A stretch of 64,000 nucleotides of DNA from contig NW_003314306.1 of the NCBI RefSeq assembly GCF_000143415.4, positions 1-64,000 on the forward strand, in the 5' to 3' direction. This document shows positions 61,439 to 64,000 of the stretch, one piece after another. The DNA is from Selaginella moellendorffii (taxonomy: Eukaryota; Plantae; Lycopodiophyta). A program made the position numbers and the translations under genes. Numbering within the stretch: position 1 is the stretch's first letter; the number at the start of each line of letters is the position of its first letter. The notes under the pieces are model-generated. The model saw only the letters and a program-made list of their open reading frames with translations, was not told where the DNA came from and did no database searches.

Positions 61439-64000
61439 TCATTCAGCTGCTTTATACAACACATTTTGTATGAGAGACGCCATGGCTTTGCTGGGATCTT
61501 TGAAGTTGTCCTTCTTGGGATAGATGAACTGGAATATCCGCGCTGTTTCAAACATGAGCCTCTTGATGCTTCGAGGAATCTGGCTGGGTGTCAAAAACTC
61601 CTCAGTTAGCTCCTTCCAGCTTTCATCTATGATTCCTTGCAAGTGTTCTATGGCCTGGGATTCAGTGATGCCCGGGTTTTCTCGCATGTAGCATGTAATG
61701 CTTGAGGCAACTTCGCCTTTCTCTCGTTCAAACTGGAAAGAAACCATCAGTTGTGAGTTGATCAAGCGATCAAAGATTTCACCTGATATGTTCCAATGTC
61801 ATTGCACAGCCTTGCGATCAAGCACGTCAGTTGCAGGCAGCGTGAGTTCTTGATCTCTTGCATCAGATGTTTTGAGATGGATTCGCCGCAGAAGAAGATG
61901 GAGCTCAGGAGCAAGTCTTGCATCCCAACACTGACGGTGGCATTGCTCAAGTATGTTTCAAAGCTCGGGATGTGTTTTCTTTCCATCCATTCCGCATCAA
62001 CTAGTTGAGCACTGATGAGCTTTGCCAACTGCATCAACGATTCAGAAAATCAGATCATGCTACATTGCATTTGCACATTACTTGTTCTTGCATGTGTTCC
62101 CTTATATCAATGGATGAACCAGTTTGAACCTTCGAAGCGCTTTTAACCATTTCGTTGATAGTCCGGTACAAGCCACTGAAGCAAATTTGAACTTCCTCGG
62201 ATAAGTGGCTCACGAGAGATGGATCCCAGCTGTAGACACTGTTTGATGAGAAGTTCTCGCTTTTCAAAGCTTTGCTCACCTCCTGATAGCCTCAAGAATA
62301 CATCTGGTCTGTGCAGGGCTGCCATAGTAATCGGCTAAATCGTCGAGCGTCGAGCTGAGGAGAGCGTACTTTGTGTAGAAGAGCCGCAACTCCGAGAACT
62401 CTGGCTCAAACATGCAAGACGCAATGCTAAAGTGGGCTGTCACGACCTTGTCACCAAAAAATGGAAGATCTCCAAACTTGAGCGCGGCCCACCACCTTTA
62501 CACAAACACAACTTAATCAAGGTGTGATTTTGAGCTTTATATTGTACCTCAAGAGCGTCTGGATTTCTGATTGGTGAATTGACTGGCATGCGTTGAAGTC
62601 CTCTTTTGCCAGATTTATAAAGAGCTCATTGTTTACAAAAGGCAGCCTGTAGTTGATTCCTTAAGGAATTTCAAAAGCAAATAAAGAAAATCACCTGTAA
62701 ATTGTTTTGGCTATCCATATATCGTTCGGGCCGTAATTGTGAATATAAGATTTAGAATACGCCCTTGGAAGACATGAATTCCACTGGTTCGATAACTCAA
62801 ACTCTACCTGAATTGAGATTGAAAATGAACTATATCAATGTGTTAATTAGATGTGTACCTCTTGGAAAAAGTTTTTCTTGGCTGACCATTTGTCTAAGTA
62901 AGCTTTATCAAGTTGTGATAAATATTTATGAGCATAGTTCTTAGCTTTTGTCAAGATATTGTCGTTTGCAAAAGCGACTTGGGATGCTCTGTATAGATTG
63001 AATATATCAGAAGCACCATGATATGATTCGCCAGGGAAACAGAAGAATTTGTCTTCGCTTGACATAAAATTTAGAAATACATCTACATAAACGCATTTTT
63101 TTCCATATGTATATGCATGAATAAACAGAATAAAAGAACCTTACCTGGTGTCACCTTATATCCATGCAACCTGAGCAGACGAAAGCCCATTGATGTGTCG
63201 TCAATATCTTTGAGATAGCTGTCTCTCCCCCATCCAATTCCTTTTTTATCACTCCAATATCTATCATAAAATTGTTAGTGGACAATTGTTATTGACTATT
63301 CATACTTACTTATACACATAATCTAATATGTTTTTAATTTCAGGTTGAAAATATCGATCAATTCCTAGCCTTTCCAAGGTATCAACAATCCATAAACGCT
63401 CAAATAAATCGATAGCATATTGACATGGCACTAAAGTTATAGTTTTTAGAATATTGACAGTATCAACTCAAACAACATAAATTTACCTGAGTTTTTCACT
63501 TTTTTAACCACTCCTTTGAGATACTCCAAGCATCTGGCGTCCTTTGTGTGCATATATACACAAGCTGTGGCGGAAGGGGAACTTAGAAACGATCCATCAG
63601 TGCCTATGAACTGTAAAATCTTTTCCCAGTTGATGTGATCTTGCAATCCTTCTAAAGAATATAGAATTGTTGTTGGAATAGAATGAACCATCTCTAATGG
63701 AATCCTGGATATGTAAAGAAAAATTAGTGCATTCAACTGACTATGTTAGCAAATTTGAGCTTAATTACTTTTGCAACTTCTTTTGACGATATCCTTGAAG
63801 AATTTTTAGAGCTGGAATATCAATTGGAATGTCTAGGCCCTTCTGTTTGGCTTCCTCTAGCATCGTCATAAAAATGAGCTCAAAACCACAAAGTAAATCT
63901 CCTTTATCTTTTGTAAGTTTGTATATGTTTTGCTTGAGGAATCTTTCACCTGATCACAAAATGTTAGGAGATAACCTTGATTTATACCATGGAAACTACC
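61439..64000 (-). CDS. Bifunctional class II/class I diterpene synthase (TPS-h; resembles Selaginella CPSKSL1 labdadienol synthase as recalled), 5' end outside the window
   Basis: DIDD at 63197-63208, DDLAD at 62330-62344, [12 protein letters not shown] (NSE/DTE), LYSLEGL and [12 protein letters not shown]. Confidence 0.92.

Noticed and set aside
38904-64000. Diterpene-glycoside biosynthetic gene cluster (TPS + GT37 + GH38)
   Set aside because: GT37 enzymes are Golgi type II proteins and GH38 is a housekeeping glycan hydrolase. No P450, UGT, 2OGD or acyltransferase is present in the window.

Overview
Eukaryotic plant nuclear DNA, most likely the lycophyte Selaginella moellendorffii. This is inferred from very short (~50-70 nt) introns, tight gene spacing, the PLS-PPR style and a bifunctional diterpene synthase. 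Layout: (1) 1-7 kb, decayed Ty3/gypsy elements. (2) 8-18.3 kb, a compact gene block: two tandem RLP51/SNC2-like LRR receptor-like proteins, adenylate kinase, a DnaJ-like zinc-finger protein and a SMI1/KNR4(SUKH)-like protein. (3) 18.6-52.7 kb, a heavily rearranged accessory region. It holds 6 GT37 fucosyltransferase copies (2 intact, 4 relics), an intact non-RD LRR-XII receptor kinase plus a relic of it, a 12-Cys defensin-like gene, about 10 tRNA genes or relics, a copia element broken into inverted pieces, LINE/hAT/LTR debris and an ~11 kb degenerate palindrome. (4) 52.8-64 kb, a gene block: GH38 alpha-mannosidase, a PLS-E PPR, an unusual CURT1/CAAD-plus-coiled-coil-repeat protein and the 3' part of a class II/class I diterpene synthase. 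One 100-N scaffold gap lies at 45024-45123. All family calls come from motif recognition by eye; no database search was run.
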